Positions 62,501 through 64,000 of a stretch of 64,000 nt of DNA are shown here, one piece after another. Where the stretch lies: positions 82,331 to 146,330 of the forward strand of contig JAFZQJ010000027.1 in NCBI GenBank assembly GCA_017620395.1. Reading direction: 5' to 3'. Within the stretch, counting starts at the first letter, position 1, and every line of letters starts with the position of its first letter. Under the pieces are notes generated by a model. The model was given only the letters and a program-made list of their open reading frames with translations, did not search any database and had not been told where the DNA came from. The position numbers were made by a program, and so were the translations under genes. This DNA comes from Clostridia bacterium (lineage in GTDB: Bacteria; Bacillota; Clostridia; Oscillospirales; RGIG8002).

Positions 62501-63905
62501 CCAGTCTACCGTTCACAAATACGTTGACTCGCTTTTCGGAGCCGAATACTGCTTCAAGGCCGGCACAATTTCCGTTATCCAGGAAAAGACCGCGTACGGC
62601 TTCGTCAAGAAGTATCTCGAAAAACGCGGAAAGCTTGTCAGCAACGCGGAGATAGAGCGCCTCGTTACCGGCGCGACCGGCGTAAAACGCACGACCGGAC
62701 AGCATCCGGGCGGGATCGTCGTCGTTCCGAAGGGCTACGAGATCTATGATTTCACTCCTGTTCAGCGCCCTGCGGATAAATCCGATTCGGATATAATCAC
62801 CACCCATTTCGACTTCAATTCGATGCACGATACTCTGCTGAAGCTCGACCTTCTCGGGCACGATGTACCGACGCTCGCGAAGCATCTTACCGATACTACC
62901 GACACACCCTTCACAAGCGTTCCGCTGAACGATAAGAAGGTCATGTCGCTGTTCACGTCGCCGGAGGCGCTCGGCGTCGACGCAAAGCAGATCAACTGCG
63001 AGACTGGCACTCTCGGCCTGCCGGAAATGGGCACCGAGTTCGTGCGTCAGATGCTCGTTGAAGCGCAGCCCAAGAAGTTCTCCGATCTGCTCCAGATCTC
63101 CGGCCTTTCGCACGGAACTGACGTCTGGCTCGGCAACGCGCAGGATCTCATAAAAAACAACGTCTGCACGATTTCCGAGGTCATAGGCACAAGAGACGAT
63201 ATAATGGTTTATCTGATGCACAAAGGACTGCCGTCAGATCAGGCGTTCTCGATCATGGAGAAGGTCAGAAAGAAGAACAAGACTCTTTCCGAAGACGACG
63301 AGAAGCTTATGAAGAGCAACGGCGTGCCGGAGTGGTACCTCGACAGCTGCAAAAAGATCAAGTATATGTTCCCGAAGGCGCACGCCGCCGCTTACGTTAT
63401 GAGCGCGATACGCCTCGGATGGTACAAGGTCTACCGTCCGCGTGAATTCTACGCGGCGCTTTTCACCGTCCGCCCGGACGGCTTCGACGCCGAAACGATG
63501 TCCGGCGGTCTGAGCGGCATAAAGAACAAACGCGCGGCGCTGCTCGCGAAGCTGCAGGAAAGCGGCTCTAAGATGTCGGCGAACGACAAGAACGCGCTTA
63601 ACGTAATGGATCTTTCGATCGAGATGTATTCGCGCGGAATAACCTTCCTGCCTGTCGATATATATAAATCCGATCCGTTCCGCTTCGTCGTGGAAGGCGA
63701 CGGCATAAGGATGCCGTTCATCGCCGTCGCGGGACTCGGCGACTCCGTCGCCACCGCGCTCGCCGAAGCGCGGAAGGAATCCCGCTTCTCAACTCAGGAG
63801 GATATAAAAAACGTCAGCGGCGTCTCCAAATCCATCGTCGAGGCGATGGATCGCCTCGGAGCGTTCGCGGGTATCCCCAAGAGCAGTCAGCTTACGTTCT
63901 TCTGA
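59562..63905 (+). CDS. polC: DNA polymerase III PolC-type (with 3'-5' exonuclease domain)
   Basis: 1447 aa. PHP domain (VELHLHTNMSSMDG), exonuclease motif FDIETTG, a zinc-finger region (CKKCKHSEF...CPECG) and the polymerase core. Confidence 0.97.
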   Translation: MSDTGYKFSDVFNKIAASDEIGSLTIKNASLRKESNVLSLTVLEAVTDGMKAQISAMLISEYGFSGVTIDCPEAQTADVSAADNSPESEHVNAAPESSSGSGNAFEYAEAPADETVSDTDKYTFAEILNRVISKSPPTASLLAGCKYTIEGDTVTVTLTKGGMSYLDKRGVTAYLEKQMRDAVKKPFKIAYDGITEVDSVISDEELLALSTAGSGNVTKESERVLLGNKITKPTIPMSSINEDTGRVCVEGDVFKLDTRETRDGTKLRATVYITDYTASVALKLEDYTDKLGRVVDKLSEGVRIRVRGIMRYDRFFGDMCLFADDIMTVPKQTVPDTSEQKRVELHLHTNMSSMDGINDIEDYVKRASEWGHKAIAVTDHGVVQAYPAAAAAAKKYGVKMLYGVEDYFVNDIVKAFVGDSVVSLDGEFTVFDIETTGTTLSTERITEIAAVKFRCGEVAEEFQTFCNPEKHISEKIQTITGITDDMVADAPNENEAVRSFLDFCGDSVLVAHNAAFDTSFIAAACERNGIPYDYSHIDTIPLCRKYYPQLRKMTLDTVARFLGYGDFRHHRALDDTKVLAAIFRDLVERLKADGVTDTSGLNGALEGMNTNSMHRFHQVLLVKNKTGLKNLYKLVSKAHIDNFYYQPRVKKSDLNALREGLIVGSACVEGELYRAFLEARSEEEIRKIADYYDYFEIQPVANNEFLINDDDITSVNSKDDIRAINKRIVELGEKLGKPVVATGDVHFLNPRDSIFREVLMDAAGFQPGETESELYFRSTDNMLREFSYLGEEKAFEVVVTNTNKIADMIEEILPVPEGTFTPSIEGAEESFRNNTYARAHEIYGDPLPAIVEDRLAKEVNSVINNGFSVMYESARRIVNFSNENGYIVGSRGSVGSSFAATMAGITEINPLPPHYVCKKCKHSEFITDGSVKSGFELDEKPCPECGTIMVGDGHDIPFETFLGFHGEKAPDIDLNISGEFQSTVHKYVDSLFGAEYCFKAGTISVIQEKTAYGFVKKYLEKRGKLVSNAEIERLVTGATGVKRTTGQHPGGIVVVPKGYEIYDFTPVQRPADKSDSDIITTHFDFNSMHDTLLKLDLLGHDVPTLAKHLTDTTDTPFTSVPLNDKKVMSLFTSPEALGVDAKQINCETGTLGLPEMGTEFVRQMLVEAQPKKFSDLLQISGLSHGTDVWLGNAQDLIKNNVCTISEVIGTRDDIMVYLMHKGLPSDQAFSIMEKVRKKNKTLSEDDEKLMKSNGVPEWYLDSCKKIKYMFPKAHAAAYVMSAIRLGWYKVYRPREFYAALFTVRPDGFDAETMSGGLSGIKNKRAALLAKLQESGSKMSANDKNALNVMDLSIEMYSRGITFLPVDIYKSDPFRFVVEGDGIRMPFIAVAGLGDSVATALAEARKESRFSTQEDIKNVSGVSKSIVEAMDRLGAFAGIPKSSQLTFF

Positions 63906-63921
63906 TAAATCAATACTTACC

Positions 63922-63952
63922 GAAAGCGCCGCGATATCGGCGCTTTCTTTTT
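63922..63952 (+). terminator. Rho-independent terminator after polC
   Basis: GAAAGCGCCG-cgatat-CGGCGCTTTC followed by TTTTT. Confidence 0.85.
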
Positions 63953-64000
63953 ATCAAAAACGTGTAACCTTTTCCATAAAAAAAGTGCTTCTTATGGTGA

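Overview
This is a 64-kb chromosomal segment from a GC-rich, endospore-forming Firmicute of class Clostridia. Evidence for that placement: a PolC-type replicase, SpoIIE, YtfJ/GerW, DUF2953, ScpAB, and mazF after alr. Two secreted proteins end in dockerin modules, which suggests a Ruminococcaceae/Oscillospiraceae-like gut or rumen organism; this taxonomic call is inference only. I annotate about 60 protein genes, two tRNAs (Val-CAC and Leu-GAG), several consensus sigma-A-type promoters and many clear rho-independent terminators. I see no rRNA, no CRISPR array, and no intact transposase, integrase or prophage gene. Most of the content is core housekeeping. It includes a four-gene double Trk/Ktr K+ uptake operon; efp and ptsH; scpA-scpB-DUF2953-ytfJ-rluB; fhs-tsaE-tsaB-rpiB; and citrate synthase. 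It also includes msrA; a tightly overlapped tagA-like/tmk/DUF2156/GNAT/DJ-1/5-FCL operon; mltG, nnrD, alr and mazF; and aspS, trxA, DUF1846, cdd, spoIIE and rmuC. The conserved Firmicute block pyrH-frr-uppS-cdsA-dxr-rseP-ispG-polC closes the window. I did not find a convincing complete multi-gene novel system such as a defence island. The most unusual items are listed here. (1) An ordered, mirror-symmetric array of 4+4 ATGATAT/ATATCAT heptamers interleaved with seven variable-stem mini-hairpins sits just downstream of tRNA-Val (31421-31598). (2) An AT-rich islet holds two decayed RHS/YD-repeat fragments and small orphan ORFs (28437-29690). (3) Two paralogous secreted metallophosphoesterases carry C-terminal dockerins. 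(4) An AT-rich lipoprotein gene carries an ApbE-type flavinylation motif, and its 5' end is a shared cassette with the neighbouring lipoprotein gene. (5) A phased GTTACAAA repeat/operator array lies in the trk/lipoprotein divergent region. (6) A Nudix-fRMsr read-through fusion overlaps msrA. (7) mazF has no detectable antitoxin. (8) An unlisted 41-codon Cys/Gly-rich membrane peptide gene is present. All coordinates and motifs were read by eye from the sequence. No database search was possible.
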